From the NCBI GenBank assembly GCA_951406725.2, contig OX597820.1, positions 120,714,001 through 120,778,000 on the forward strand: a DNA stretch of 64,000 nucleotides. The letters run 5' to 3'. The DNA is from Octopus vulgaris. Lineage: Eukaryota. The notes beneath the pieces are model-generated. The model saw nothing but the letters and a program-made list of their open reading frames with translations. It did not search any database and was not told the origin of the DNA. This document shows, one piece after another, positions 12,496-29,189 of this stretch (positions are counted from its first letter, which is position 1; every line of letters starts with the position of its first letter). Both the position numbers and the translations under genes were made by a program.

Positions 12496-13262
12496 ATACA
12501 TACATATCTATCTATCTATCTATCTATCCATATATATATATATGCAATTGTGCATGTGTGTGATTGCACATGCAGATATGCCTGACGGTGAGTTTCTTTT
12601 GCTTTATTCATATCGATATATGTGTACTTAAACTATGTTCGCTACACGTGCAGTGTTTATAACGCGTAAGTGCACTCTGGACAAGATATGAATCAGTAAT
12701 GCATAACTAAAATCACAAAGTTTAAAGTATTTAAATGTGAAGTATGCATATTATACAATACATGAAGATATTCAAATACGCCAACATATATACAAATAGA
12801 AGTTACCGCTTTGAGCAATTCCACATGAATGAATTTTATTTCAATTACCACAGCTGTCTCTTATCCAACCACGGGTTAAAAAGGGATTATAGCATCTCAG
12901 GTGGTGTCATCTTGTCACTCAAAACTGTAGATATGGCGCGATAAAAATAAATAAATGTCCCCAGAGAAATAGATTGAGAAATCGACGAAGAATGTGGAGA
13001 AGCTTTACTGAATGTTAGTATAGTTCTTAAAAAAAAATTTAAGGCATCGGATAAAAGGGTAAAAGGAAAAGAAGAGTAACAAGAATAAGTATATACCAAA
13101 TGCAGAATACATTGGGATTCACTAAAATGCCAGCCGTGTTAGAATCCGATAAATTGATGATAAAAATTTTGAGGGGTTCAGGAAAATAACATTATATCTT
13201 CAATCTCTATTTCTCATTATCTCAACCTGTCTCTCTCACCTTTTCTCCCTCTCCCTCTCTCG

Positions 13263-13295
<33 letters not shown>

Positions 13296-13329
13296 TACAA
13301 AAAAAACAAAGTAAATTTTAACGTAGTAT

Positions 13330-13506
13330 AGCTAAATTTATGTATACATCTCTATATATGTGCATTCATTACATACACACACACACATATATACATATAT
13401 ACATATATACATACATATATGTATGTATAAAACATCAATATAAATACATACACACATATATACGGATGCATACATATACATATGTACACTAATATATAAG
13501 TATATA

Positions 13507-13551
<45 letters not shown>

Positions 13552-13713
13552 ATGTTTATATGTCTATAACTATATATACGTAAATATACTTAACATAAAC
13601 AGATATTTAGTAGACAGCATGACAGGAAAGTGGGAGGGCTTACATAAGCACACATTTATATATATATATATATATATATATATGAACATATATATATATA
13701 TATATAAATATGT

Positions 13714-13775
<62 letters not shown>

Positions 13776-13840
13776 ATCTGCAAATGTATGTATTTGTGTC
13801 GATATATCTATGTGTCTGTGTGCATATATATATATATATG

Positions 13841-13891
<51 letters not shown>

Positions 13892-13910
13892 ATGTATATA
13901 TGTATATATA
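13330..13910. repeat. Compound (TA)/(TG)/(CA) microsatellite region
   Basis: Direct reading. Confidence 0.9.
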
Positions 13911-14359
13911 ACCACAGGTAAAGAGAAAGTGGGCAATATAAATAAGTAAAATTTATGTGAGAAATACCAAACAGTGCAACAGAATGTAATGAGGCCAGTG
14001 ATTTTTTAACGTCAGTCATAGATGGATGAAATATCCATAAAAACGAAGGAGATTAGGTTAAGATACGCCTAAAATTGGTGTATACGCAGAAAAAGTAATA
14101 TAGCTACCAAAGTTAAAACTATAAAAATTGAAATCTAATCCACATCTAATTGCTAATCTATCAGAAATGACAAAACATTAAGCGTATTTCGTTGTTTTGA
14201 ACATGGAAAGAATTTTAGTTCTGGCAGCTGAGATCGTTGTCGAAGATAAGTTTAGATTGTGAGAGAGAATGCTCCCTTTAAAGACACATGGGCAGACACA
14301 CGCACGCCCCCCCACACACACACGTGTGTGCGTGTGTGTCCCCTTTGTATTTTATGTGC

Positions 14360-14432
14360 GTACACATACATATATATGTATATATATGTATATATATATG
14401 TATGTATATATGTACATATGTATATATATATG

Positions 14433-14468
<36 letters not shown>

Positions 14469-14694
14469 CATATATATATACATATATATATATACATATA
14501 TATTTACATATATATATATAAATATATTTACATATATATATATATATATATATATACATATGTATACATATATATGTATATATATATAATTATATATATA
14601 TATACATATATATATATACATATGTATATATATATATATATATATGTAAATATATTTATTTATATATATGTATATATATATGTATATATATATG

Positions 14695-14746
<52 letters not shown>
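14360..14746. repeat. Interrupted (TA)n array
   Basis: Direct reading. Confidence 0.95.
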
Positions 14747-14747
<1 letters not shown>

Positions 14748-15539
14748 CGTGTGAGAGAGATTGAGAAACATATTAATAGATACATATACGAATACAGATG
14801 TAGATCTACATATACATGCAGATACATGCGCACGTGCCCATATTTTGTGAGTGTATGTATGAAAACTGGTTTTTTTTTTTAGATTTGATAGTAAGAGGGA
14901 TTTCTATGCACATTAAACCCTAAAATTTAAATGAATGGCTCAAGCAAGCCCCTTGTTTTTGACAGGAGTTTTTGTCTATGAATTCTTTAAACTTAAAATT
15001 AAAATAATTTTTGTTTAGGTGACGTTTGTTTTAATAACATAAATTGCTATTTTTAATATCCCTCATGCCTGCGTGTTTTGAGGTGGTGGGGTGTAAAAAT
15101 ATACATTGCTTCTTGAGTTTCCAAAAGAAGGCATATGAGTGGGGTTAACTTCATACAGAGACCTTAAAATGATTAGAACGCTATTTATATTGGTTTATTT
15201 CAATCAGTCATAACGTAATTGGATGCATTAAATAATGCAAAGCATTTTGCTCGGCGTTATAACGCTTGCCCCGATCTTCCATTCACGCTTCCTCCGATCT
15301 TCCATTCAATCGCTTATCGTTTAGACACAAGGCCAGCAATACCGATGGATTGGCTGAAGAAGCTGAGTAAATGCACCACCTCAATGGACAGGTATTTCGT
15401 TTTACTGAGCTCGAAGTAATTGATAACAAATAACACAAACTAGTGTAATACTGAAGAAATACACCAGCCTTTTCGGCCAATTCTCACTCATTCAGTTATG
15501 CCGGTCAATTAATAAGGATAATACTAACATTAACAGTAC

Positions 15540-15731
15540 CAACTTTGGCCCAAGACTAGCAGTTTTAGCGGGATCAGATTACATCGACTCCACTATTTCA
15601 CTGGTCGTTATTTCTCTGCTTCAAATATATGAAAAGTAAATATGAACGCGGCCGGATTTAAACACAGATCGTGAAAAATGTCACAAAACATTCACAGCGA
15701 CGTGGTTACCAAACTCTCAGCTATTCGCCTT
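15540..15731 (-). mobile_element. SINE family B, diverged
   Basis: gattacatcgactcc..ctggt..atgaaaagtaaa..ggatttaaacacaga..cagctattcgcctt match the family B reverse complement. Confidence 0.65.
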
Positions 15732-15739
15732 ACTGAAAA

Positions 15740-15750
15740 TGATAGTAATA

Positions 15751-15829
<79 letters not shown>

Positions 15830-15837
15830 TGATAATA
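15740..15837 (+). repeat. (TAA)n microsatellite flanking an R4/Dong copy
   Basis: Direct reading. Confidence 0.95.
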
Positions 15838-16392
15838 AGAACAGGAAGATAGATGCAAATAGGCCAGACATCATATTGAAAGACTTCAAACAAAGAACAT
15901 GCCTCCTCATTGATATGACTGTCCCAATCGATATAAACGTATCTGTCAAGACCTACCAAAAACTGAGCAAATATAAAGATCTTGAAATAGAAATCAGCAA
16001 AATGTGGAAGCTGAAGACTAAAACAATACCTGTTGTCATAGGTGCCCTGGGAATGATAGCAAAAGGGGCTGATAGCTACCTAACTCAGATACCAGGAAAG
16101 CCAAAAATGGCAGAAGTTCAAAAGATAGTGCTCATGGGAACTGCTCATATCCTACGCAAAATACTCTCTATGTAATCTCAAGGTTTAAAACAAACATAAT
16201 TTTCGGTTTAAAAAAAAAAAGAAAAACCTTTTTTTTCTTAGACATTCATTAGTACAACATCCCCACCCCCCAAATATATGGCACACTAGGCATAACAACA
16301 ACATGAACTTCCAACCCTGTTGTCTCTTGAGGTCTCTGGTTGAGACTTGGAGCCAACTTGTACAAATATAAAGCAAAAGTCAAACATAGAAT
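15838..16392 (+). mobile_element. R4/Dong-clade non-LTR retrotransposon, 5'-truncated (RLE endonuclease + 3' UTR)
   Basis: NRPDIILKD..CLLIDMTVP..KLSKYKDLEIEI..IPVVIGALG..GTAHILRKILS* is a restriction-like endonuclease C-terminus; TAA repeats on both sides. Confidence 0.9.
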
Positions 16393-16419
16393 GATAATAA
16401 TAAAGATAATAATAATAAT

Positions 16420-18392
16420 TCGTGGATTCTGAAATCGCTGGATATTTTCAAAATTTATCCTGTGATTTCAGATTTTTTAAAGAATAATATGTCACTATGG
16501 AACACGAAGCTCCAGTTATATCATTCTAATGGAGTACTGCGCTCAAACAATATTAGCATAAACTGTGGCATTTGCCAAGGTGACTCATGTTCACCACTAA
16601 TTTTCTGTTTAGCACTAATACTACTCTCAAGTAAACTGAATAGAACAGGATATGGCTACAAAATTGACAACAGAAAAATAAGCCATCTATTTTATATGGA
16701 TGACTTAAAACTATATGGCAAAGATGATGAAGAGCTTGAAGGATTATTACATACTGTGAAAGGATTCAGTGATGATAAAGGGATGGAGTTTGGCCTTGAA
16801 AAGTGTGCCAAAGCATCTTTTAAGAAAAGGAAATTGGTGAAATCTAATTCAATTGAATTAGATGTCGAAACAGTAATAAAGGAACTTGAGCAGGAACAAA
16901 CCTATAAATACATAGGAATAAATGAAGGCTCTGGTATCCAACATGCAAGCATGAAAGAGAATTTTAGGAAGGAATGTTATAGAAGAATTCGAGCAGTTCT
17001 GAAGTCTGAACTGAATGCATATAATAAGGTGTTAGCCATAAATTCCTTAGCAGTACCAGTTGTTCATTATAGCTTCAATGTGCTTAACTGGAATACCAGT
17101 GAAATAATGAAAATTGACAGAAAAATCCGCAAGCTACTGACTTCTAATAAGATGCACATTCCAAAGGCAGACGTGGATCGTCTTTACCTTCCCAGAACTC
17201 AGGGAGGTCGAGGTTTGATCCAGCTTGAACTTACATACAAAACAACCACAATCGGACTGGCCAAATACCTTGAAGCAACCAACGATTGGATGCTAAAACT
17301 TCTTGAAAAACATGAAAGACCGAAAACAACTTCACTCTATTCTCAAAGAGAGCAAACAATTCGCTACTGATCTCTTAGATACCCACCAGATTGATCAGGC
17401 TGAAGGAAATGCGTCAACTGCTGCTGCAAAGAAAATAAAATTAATTGCAAAAACAAAAGCACATGAAATATTAGCTAGCAGATGGAAACAGAAACATCTC
17501 CACGGGAAGTATGTAGCCCGTAGCAAACAAGCTGATGTCGACCAGAAACACACGCACCAATGGTTACGAAGCTCAGGGCTAAAAGCAGAGAGTGAAGGTT
17601 TCATATTAGCTGCTCAAGACCGAAGCTTATTAACCGAGAACTACCAAGCCAATGTGATAAAAAATAGAGCTGACCCAAAATGCCGATTCTGTAACGATGA
17701 GATTGAAACAATAGACCACCTAATCTCAGGGTGTTGAGTCTTAGCACCAAGACATGACAGAGTCGGCCAGTATTTACCCTGGACAATATGTCGGCATTAT
17801 AAAATGAAACCGCTGACAAATGGTATAAATATCATCCTGAAGCTGTGACTGAGGGAGAAAATGAGTCGATTCTATGGGACTTCCCCGTACATACCGACAA
17901 AACTATAAAAACTAATAAATCGGATATTATTATAAAAGATCAGACAAAAAAGGTATATTTATTTATTGACATGAGTATTCCTTGCGATCATAATATAGCG
18001 GCGAAAGAATTTGACAAGATTAGTAAATATAAAGACTTGCTAATAGAAATTGAAAAAATGTGACATCTCAAGACGACTACAGTACCAGTAATTGTAGGAT
18101 TTCTAGAAATGATAAAAAAAAGATACTGAAACCTATTTGAAAATGATTCCAGGCTTACCATCCCTACAGGAAGAGCAAAAAATCGTGTCAACTGGAAAGG
18201 TTCATGTATTGAGAAGAGCATTATCACTGTGAAAACAACATCCATCCATGAATTAATTTATTTATTAATTTTTAAATACATATTTTATCGGTGAATTTGC
18301 GCGTGTAATCTGGGAATGCATGCAATGAGCTCCTCTGCCCTAGGTGTATGGAAAACACTGGGCGAGAAACGGAAGAAAATTTGAAGAAAGAA
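16420..18392 (+). mobile_element. R4/Dong-clade retrotransposon, 5'-truncated (RT + CCHC + RLE), with frameshifts
   Basis: GICQGDSCSPLIFCLAL, SHLFYMDDLKLYG, YKYIG, RLYLPRTQGGRGL, CRFC..ETIDHLISGC, ILWDFPVHTDK..KSDII..KYKDL; ends in taataataata. Confidence 0.93.
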
Positions 18393-19479
18393 GGAAAAAA
18401 CATAATAATAATAATACTTGATTGGCGAAATGGCCAATACAGATAATAAGAAGACAACTAAACACGTGTAAACATTGCAAACGATAACATTATAAGAAGA
18501 TTTCTAAATGGGGAAGAGTACAATTCAGGAGTAACCAGGATATCCCATATCCAGATGGGAAACATCAACCCCCGAGGATACTTTGAGAGACACTCCTCTC
18601 CTATCGGTTACTTCCATCTTACGAGAGTAATATATCTACATAAGCCATCATCCACAATTCATCTATTTTCAATAAGTTTATTTTAGGGCAAAGATCGCTG
18701 TGCTTCCCACTCAATACTTGCTTTCTCTTTTACATGGGACAATGGAAAGTCGATGAGAGCGAGATCTAAGATTTCAGTTCTCTCGGTTTTGTTAACTAAA
18801 CAAACTCTTTCGCCGACAAATTTATAAAACGATGTCAGTTTTTCATAAATTTGGTTTTAATAGATAAATTTGAAATACTGTAAACCATGAGTTCTTATGA
18901 GTGTGAAACGTCAGAATCGTTCGATCGAAGGAGAAAAGGGTTAGAGAAATTCTTCCGGCGATTCACTTTCAAATTTCAAATAGCTGAATTTGTAGCTTTG
19001 CTATTCATCGTTTCGGGTTCGTTAAAATAAAGAATCACTCTGGTAATGCTACTGATGTAAACAACAAGCCCTTTTCTCATAATTAAACAAAATTAGAATT
19101 AATTATATGTGTTCTAGTGTCTCAATTCAAATTAGAGGCATAGTTGTAGAAGCAATAGTGTAAGAATGGACAGCAGATTAAAATGATCTTACACCGTAGT
19201 CATTACATGCATCAAATTTGTTTACTAAAATTTCCCCAGGTCATCTTAAAATTTTCTGTGAAGCTTCAAATTTTCTAAAGCGAAACTAGTGTGCCTGAAA
19301 TGTGCAAAATTAATGGAAATATATTTTATGTAGGTTAACAGACACACAGAGAGTATAACGTTTTCGGAACTCAACACTGATAGGAAGCTTATAGCATAGG
19401 CGTGCATAGATAACGAACTAATTTCAACCACAATCGTAAGCCCACGATCGCTTAATTGCTGTGAAGCCGTGGCGTGATG

Positions 19480-20070
19480 TAACGCATTGATGGCTTAAAA
19501 TTCGACTTTTTCTCCGTATAAAATCTGTTTGGCACCTAACTCAGCCTGACGGTCTCAGCCATTTTCTGTGGCGCTTCGGGCAATCAGGCCGACCATCTTG
19601 GACACTCATAAAAAGCAGATCATCTTGGGCACGCGGGCAGACTACTCTGCACAAGAAAGGAATTCGGACACTTACATAGGAGGTATCATACGTAACCTTC
19701 TACAAACGACATCACAGTTCTCTCCTCCCGGCCACCAAATATCGTTGTCCCAGTTTTATGCGGGTCCAATATTCTATGTGAATAGTTGTGATTTGACAGA
19801 TGTTTGTGAATGTCCTACGACAATAGTTCTCAATTGTTCTATGGGAGTCGTTCGTGTAATTCATGAGGGTAACCGACGTGTATTTGATTTGCTGTAAATT
19901 AAGTTGTTTTCATTTGATAGTGTATACGATTCTAATTCTATGCGTGAGGCCGATGGGATTTCACATTCCACAAAGTTCGAGTGGATACCAATTGCAGATT
20001 TGCTCAGGTGCAGTGATCGAACCAATTAATGCATTTCACAGTGTGCGAATTTATATTATTCAAAAGCGCA
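19480..20070 (-). mobile_element. Possible highly decayed mariner relic
   Basis: Fragments resembling YIKIRT and RWVPHEL on the minus strand, only across frameshifts. Confidence 0.3.
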
Positions 20071-20516
20071 CGCGTTGCTAAATCTTTTGAAATGAAATGT
20101 GTACATCTAAAACTGTATTGATTGAAACAAAATGATTTCTAAATAGTTTCTATATTTTGACGAGCGCTGGAGATCAACGCATAGATAACTAATGCACTTT
20201 CCAAGAAAGTTGAAAAGCGTGTTTGAATTTTTTAAAATATGAACTATATAGAAAAACATTTTGCTTGGTTTTTACGTAAGATGATAAATAACATAATTCC
20301 CAAGACTTTGCAGCATTAATATTATATATTTATTTTAAATATGATAATGTTTTAAAAGTCCGCCGAGCGCAGATATTACATTGCACTACACTTTTTGAGA
20401 AACTCTGTAAAAGAAAATAGCCGAGCCTCATTATGCTCGAACACATCTATGAAAACCATTACCAAATGAATATATAAATAGCATTTAATTTCGTGTTGAT
20501 ATTGTGACTATCAATA

Positions 20517-20732
20517 AGGCGGTGTTCTGCAGACGTATTTACGTGCCAGTCGGAATGGCCACCAGTATTTCGTCCGTCTTCAGGTTTTGAATTCAAATTA
20601 CGCCGTGGTTGACTTTACCATTCGTCTTTTCGGTTTCTATAAAATAATTAGAAGTTGAGTTCCGTGGTCGATGTAATCGGTTTGAACCCTCCCACGAACA
20701 TGCTGGCCTTGTGCCAAACTTTGAAGCCAATA
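20517..20732 (+). mobile_element. SINE family B (tail ctggccttgtgccaaa..tgaa)
   Basis: aaggcggtg..tatttcgtccgtc..ttcaaatt..ggttgacttt..ggtcgatgtaatcg. Confidence 0.75.
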
Positions 20733-20827
20733 TTGTGATTATTAACATAATGCATGAAGGAAATATATTGAGAATACAATATGATGAAAGCCGTAGCAGT
20801 GGCACCGAATTGAATCTTATTTGCAGT

Positions 20828-21069
20828 ATAGGTTCCCCACCTGGATGGGACGTCAGTCCGTCGCAGGTGAGCTGCAAGATGCAGGAGGAAAGAGTGAGAG
20901 AAAGTTGTGGCAAAAGAGTCAGCAGAAGTTTCGCCATTACCTTCTGCTGGAGCCATGTGAAGCTTAGGTGTTTCGCTCATAAACACACACATCGCCCGGT
21001 CTGAGATTCGAACTCGCGATCCCTCGACCGCGAGTCCGGTGCTCTAACCACTAGGCCATGTGCCTCCAC
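20828..21069 (-). mobile_element. SINE family C, 3' tail missing
   Basis: Closely matches 1930-2173. Confidence 0.92.
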
Positions 21070-21186
21070 TGTTGTTGATGTAGTAGGTTGCGAGGAACGT
21101 TGTTGTTTTTTCTTGTGTTCTTTCTTCGCTTTTGGAAGAATAAACTATATATATGTGTGTATATGTGTGTATGTATGTGTGTGTGT

Positions 21187-21243
<57 letters not shown>

Positions 21244-21619
21244 CGTGTGTGTGTGTGTGTGTTCGTAAACAAATATAAGCAATATAGATTTTAAAAATAT
21301 ACGAAGGCTGAAAGGCTTTTCATCCTGAGAATTGCCTGGCGAGGAAAAAAGAATTTTGGGTAATACTTTCGAAACCGAACCAAAGTTGCGGTATGTCACA
21401 TTATTTCGCCGATAAAAGAGCACCTCACCCAAGAAAAAAAAAATGAAAAAAAATAATAAATAAAAGCAATACCCCGTATTCTTTCAGTAATATTATGAAT
21501 GAAATATTTATAATACTTGATCATAATACTGTTTATTAATTTGTGTTTGTATTGCTGCTGTTTTTCTTAACTCGGTTGTCATTGTTGAAATTAATTATTT
21601 TTACAATTAAATAGTTGAT

Positions 21620-24330
<2,711 letters not shown>

Positions 24331-25256
24331 TAAATGTTTGAGCGCATTAAGTGTTATCAACTTAAATGATATTTGCAATTTCCGAGCAGAAAATTAAAAT
24401 GCCAACATGAGTATGATGAAAAATCGCAAACAACAACCACAATTACACAAACAATGATAACAACTGCATCAATAACATCGACAGGAGATACAATAACGAA
24501 AACAACACCAATAACTACCACGGAACATTTAGAAGAGATAGAAAAGATAACTGCTACTATGGTATTAACTACATCTTTAAAATTAAAACAAAAATAATGA
24601 GAAAAATGGAATTTATAACGAAGATGATTAAAATGGCTGCCCACTGTTAAGAGATGCGATTAAAGTTTTAAGTTTTAGTTTCTGCTGTATTACAAGGTTC
24701 GTTAACATGCCTGTTTGTTCCAACGAGACAACTTCTTTGTCAACGTTTTTTAGTCCTTCGAAGCAAAAGCATTTTATGAGGAGTTGCAGATGGTGACAGA
24801 AAGGTGTTAACCAGGTGAATGTATGAATGTAGAAATAGGTTACCTTGCCAATCGTTGTTCTTTTTCAATGTGGTGCCATGCGGGAGGAAAATGAATAAAA
24901 ATAACCGGACAAAGGGAAATTGGGTTTCGCATGAAATTTCGGTGACAAAATAAATTTCTACCGAGTCATATGTGGTTTTTATATCGATTCTGCAGAGCAA
25001 TATATTGGAGTAGCAAACATTATTTACTGCACATTAGGTGAATTTGTAAGGCAGCATTTCTGCGGGACTGGATTTGCAGTTTCTTAGGATGAGAATTTAT
25101 ACAAAACTCGAAACTCGCTTTCTTACTGGGGAGAATGTGTAGTGAATGTTTGTATTATATTTCAGCTGATGCAAGCGTGCATTACTTAGTCTAGAAAAGC
25201 ATTTGAAATTGTTATTTGGGTTATTATACATATACGTCTATCTATCTATCTATCTT

Positions 25257-25304
<48 letters not shown>

Positions 25305-25351
25305 CCTATCTATCTATCTATCTATCTATCTGTATGTATTTCTGCCTGACT

Positions 25352-25405
<54 letters not shown>

Positions 25406-25408
25406 GTA

Positions 25409-25807
25409 TAAGGTTGGCCAGAGGTCACCAGACAGTAAATAAAAATTCCATAAACACTATTGTAATTCTGTATTGGCTTGAATGGAAAAATTTGTCGCTC
25501 AAGAGGGACTTCAGTTCGAACGATTTTCATGAATTTCCAAGGACACAGATATTGCGTCTAGAGCCAGCTAGAGACGAAGATCTCTTGGGGCTATAAAGCT
25601 ACAGTAACACCCCCTCCCCAATGTGGTTAGCCATGATATGATGGCTTCTATACTTTACATTATCGAGCGATTACTGTTTCAATCTCATTCTGAGATTTAA
25701 TTATGCTCATATTTAGATGCTTTTATTAAATTCATTCAGTTGTTAAACATAAAGAAATCTCGGAATTAAATGGCTTTGATTTACTGTCAAGTGACTTTTG
25801 GGCAACC

Positions 25808-25810
<3 letters not shown>
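25409..25810. mobile_element. Tc1/mariner-type non-autonomous element (~32-bp TIRs) inserted in (TA)n
   Basis: Left taaggttggccagaggtcaccagacagtaaat versus right (reverse complement) cagggttgcccaaaagtcacttgacagtaaat; TA flanks. Confidence 0.75.
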
Positions 25811-25857
<47 letters not shown>

Positions 25858-25916
25858 GATGAGATACATATATACATATTGTGTGTATGTACACCGCTAC
25901 ACACAAATATATAAAT

Positions 25917-25948
<32 letters not shown>

Positions 25949-26029
25949 GTATATGATGAGATACATATATACATATTGTGTGTATATACACCCCTACACA
26001 CAAATATATAAATACACATGTATATATAT

Positions 26030-26236
26030 AACGGGAAGCTTTATGAAAATAGACAAAAGACGAAGGCAGGTGGAAAACAAACGAACAATTGTATTAGTAT
26101 GGCGCTCAGGAAATATAAATAAAACAAGTCTTTAACGTTTCGAGCCTACGCTCTTCAACAGAAAGATACACAGAGAAAAAAAACACAGAAAGAAGGAGAG
26201 AAAAAACATGCGTGCAGTAGCTAACGAATCAACATA
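26030..26236 (-). mobile_element. Penelope-like pseudo-LTR fragment
   Basis: Carries a minimal hammerhead motif of the kind found in PLE terminal repeats; flanked by (TA)n. Confidence 0.6.
26129..26166 (-). ncRNA. Minimal type I hammerhead ribozyme-like motif (core variant CUGUUGA)
   Basis: Minus strand: UCUUU CUGUUGA A GAGC GUAG GCUC GAAAC GUU AAAGA; stem I 5 bp, stem II 4 bp, palindromic ACGU stem III. Confidence 0.7.
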
Positions 26237-26319
26237 TATATATATATATATATATACACGTATAAACACACACATACCCTCCCCACGTAAATATAAACAC
26301 ACACATTCCTGTGTACTCT

Positions 26320-27115
26320 GCGGGGCAAGCCCATTTTAGTTCAGGCTTCCACCGTTAGAAGCCACTTGATGTGATCCTCACTCATCGGTATGCCGACCAG
26401 CATTGGCGAGAGAAGTTGTACACGATGGCTGAAATGAAATAACAGCCTACGTTCGTGAAATTTTGTTTTCTACTGGGGAAAATGGTGGCCGAAACAGTTG
26501 TCATGCTTCAAATAGTTTACAAGGACGCTGCCATGATCAAAACACAAGTTTACGATTGGTTTTCACGCTTTAGGAATGGACACTTAAAACATGAACACCA
26601 ACTTCAATCAGGGCGTCCATCGACCTCCGGAACGAATGAAAACAGGAAAATTCCCGAAGTGAACTTGGATGAAAATCACCGAAAAATTGACGAACTTTTT
26701 GATATGAATGGTGTGTGTGCTGGAGTTCTTGCCAATGAATTTTCAGCGAAGAATTGCGTATGAAGAAGAGAGGAAGCAAAATCTGTGCCTCACTTGCTCA
26801 CTGTAGAACTAGTCACGTATTAATGCGTATCGTGAAAGGATAAAAATGGGCGGGGTGGAAATTAAACCAGGCATTTTTCCGAAGAACATCACTGGTTACG
26901 AAGGCTGTTGGTACGGAATTTACAGATGTGGAAGAGGCGAAGAAAAAAAGTGACGGAGGCGTTAAAAGGCATTACTTACCAAAATTTCCAGCACAGCTTC
27001 GAACAGTGGAAATTATCTCTGGATGAATGTATTGTTTGAAATGGAAAATAAGTTGTAAAACTAAGTGAATAAAATAGTATTGTAAAATTTCGGTTTCTTT
27101 TGGGTACCCAGTCAT
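26320..27115 (+). mobile_element. mariner element, internally deleted
   Basis: VKFCFLLGKMVAETVVML..VYDWFSRFRNG..QSGRPSTS matches the mariner HTH region; TIR-like end cggtttcttttgggtaccc near 27091-27110. Confidence 0.85.
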
Positions 27116-27164
27116 GCATATATACATACATGCATGCATACATGTATACATGCATACATACATG

Positions 27165-27990
27165 CTCGGAAGCTTGAAGTAGATACTAGAATTGACATGA
27201 AGCGCAGCCTCTCTTGGGCACAATACAACTACATCACACTTTAAAAGCTATGCGTTTGCAATACAGGAAAAGGAGATTGCCACAAAGTACCTCGGGAGCA
27301 AGAGAGATATTGACGCTCTTGTACTCCCAAAGTACAACCGCATGTGTAGGTCATGTCATGATTATGTGGAAGACATCACGCATGTGATTAGCAGCTGTCC
27401 TGAAATGTCGTCACCGTACTACTTCCATATGCGGCTCGACGTTGCCGCTAAAATAATTTAAAATGCCATCCGTAAAAAGGACTGTGCTGAAATAAACTTA
27501 GAAAATCCCTCTCTTATGGAATATAGTCATAAACACAAACTCAAGGAATACTGGTGCAATATTCCCATAAAAAATGTTGTCAAATGTAAACGCAATAGGC
27601 CGTATTTTGTTGTTTGGGAGTGAAGGTCAAAGGTACGTACCGTCATAGAGGTCAGCTGCTCTATAGATATAAATATGATTTCGAAAACCAAAGTAAAATA
27701 GGATATCTATGGACAACTGCTTCGAAACCTCCAAATTTTATTATATATCCAGACTATGATTTCATATTCATAACAATAATAATTGGAGCACTAGGTTTTG
27801 TTAGTAAATGCTTAATGGGAGAATCTGGATAAACTGGGATTTTCAGAAAGAGAAATCGACCAGCTGATTCGTACATTACGATGGCAGTCTGTGAGTGGAA
27901 CAGTAAAAACTGGCAAGACATTTTTCAAGTTCCAAATGTGAATTTGTCTGTGTTAACTACATCCCAAAAATGGAGCTTTATACCTTTGTT
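27165..27990 (+). mobile_element. RLE-type non-LTR retrotransposon 3' part (R4-like, divergent lineage), decayed
   Basis: Reads YAFAIQE..IATKYL, CRSC..VEDITHVISSCP, NRP, IIIGALG across frames. Confidence 0.7.
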
Positions 27991-28004
27991 GAAAACCGGT
28001 TTGT

Positions 28005-28217
28005 TTCTATTTTAGGCACAAGGCCCGACATTTTGTTGGGAGGGAGCCAGTCGATTAGATCAACCCCAGTATGCAAGTGGTACTTAATTTATCGACCCAG
28101 GAAGGATGAAAAGCAAAGTTGACCTCGGCGGAATTTGAATTCAGAACGTAAAGACAGATGAAATATCGCTAAGCATTTCGCCCGGCGTGTTAACAATTCT
28201 GTCAGCTCGCCGCCTTG
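28005..28217 (-). mobile_element. SINE family B
   Basis: ggtacttaatttatcgacccaggaaggatgaaaagcaaagttgacctcggcggaatttgaa..gctcgccgcctt. Confidence 0.88.
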
Positions 28218-28474
28218 GAAGATTGATAATAATTAAAAAGTTAGAAGAGACATATACCTGTATACACGCGCACGCACACATACATATGTATTTATGTATG
28301 TACATATTATTGAATGGACATTTTACACCATTAGAAAAGACTGTTTTCATCAGTTGAGTACATAAAACATATTCCAAAGAGATGTACATCTTCATGATTC
28401 TCCATGATCCGACGATTTTCAACCCGACCCGATGTCTTACCATTTATGTGCCTGATTCGCTTGAATCTCGATTT

Positions 28475-28599
<125 letters not shown>

Positions 28600-28698
28600 A
28601 TGTGTTATATGTTGTGTTACTAACAGTTTCATTTGAAAAATATTTTAAGCAAATTCCTCAAGCACAAGTGCGTCTGTGTGTGTATATATATATATAAA

Positions 28699-28749
<51 letters not shown>

Positions 28750-29189
28750 ATACATAATACGCAAGTGGCTCCCTGATACGTGATTTAGTAACTTACGTAT
28801 TAACATATACCCTTAATTATGGAGGCATCTCAGTACCGAAACGATAAATTTTGCTAAATAATACAATTGAAGTGATTTTTATGAATGAAAATTAATTGAA
28901 TCTGAAATGTGTTGTAGGGTGCTAGTGGCAACCCCAGAGTTAAATCGATATAATTCGAATCCTTCACTGAAATGTCATGAGGCCATATACAGAAGCCTTT
29001 AGATTTATTGCCGTTGATTTAATAAACACATATAAGTTATTTTAATAACCCGCCGAGGTTCGCTACATAAACACATCACAATAAATTTGAGGTTTGGTAC
29101 AGTTATCAAATTTGTAATTTATATTTGAAGAATTTTAAATATTGCTTCTCAAAATATCATATCACCCGACTCATGCAAAATATTAATGT

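Noticed and set aside
18480-18800. Faint LINE RT traces (also RTE-like at ~31400-31520, endonuclease-like at ~33500-33730, PLE-like at ~24950-25130)
   Set aside because: Too decayed to call or delimit by eye.
28335-28440. CUGAUGA on the minus strand at ~28347-28353
   Set aside because: No matching stem I/II/III or GAAA in any strand order.
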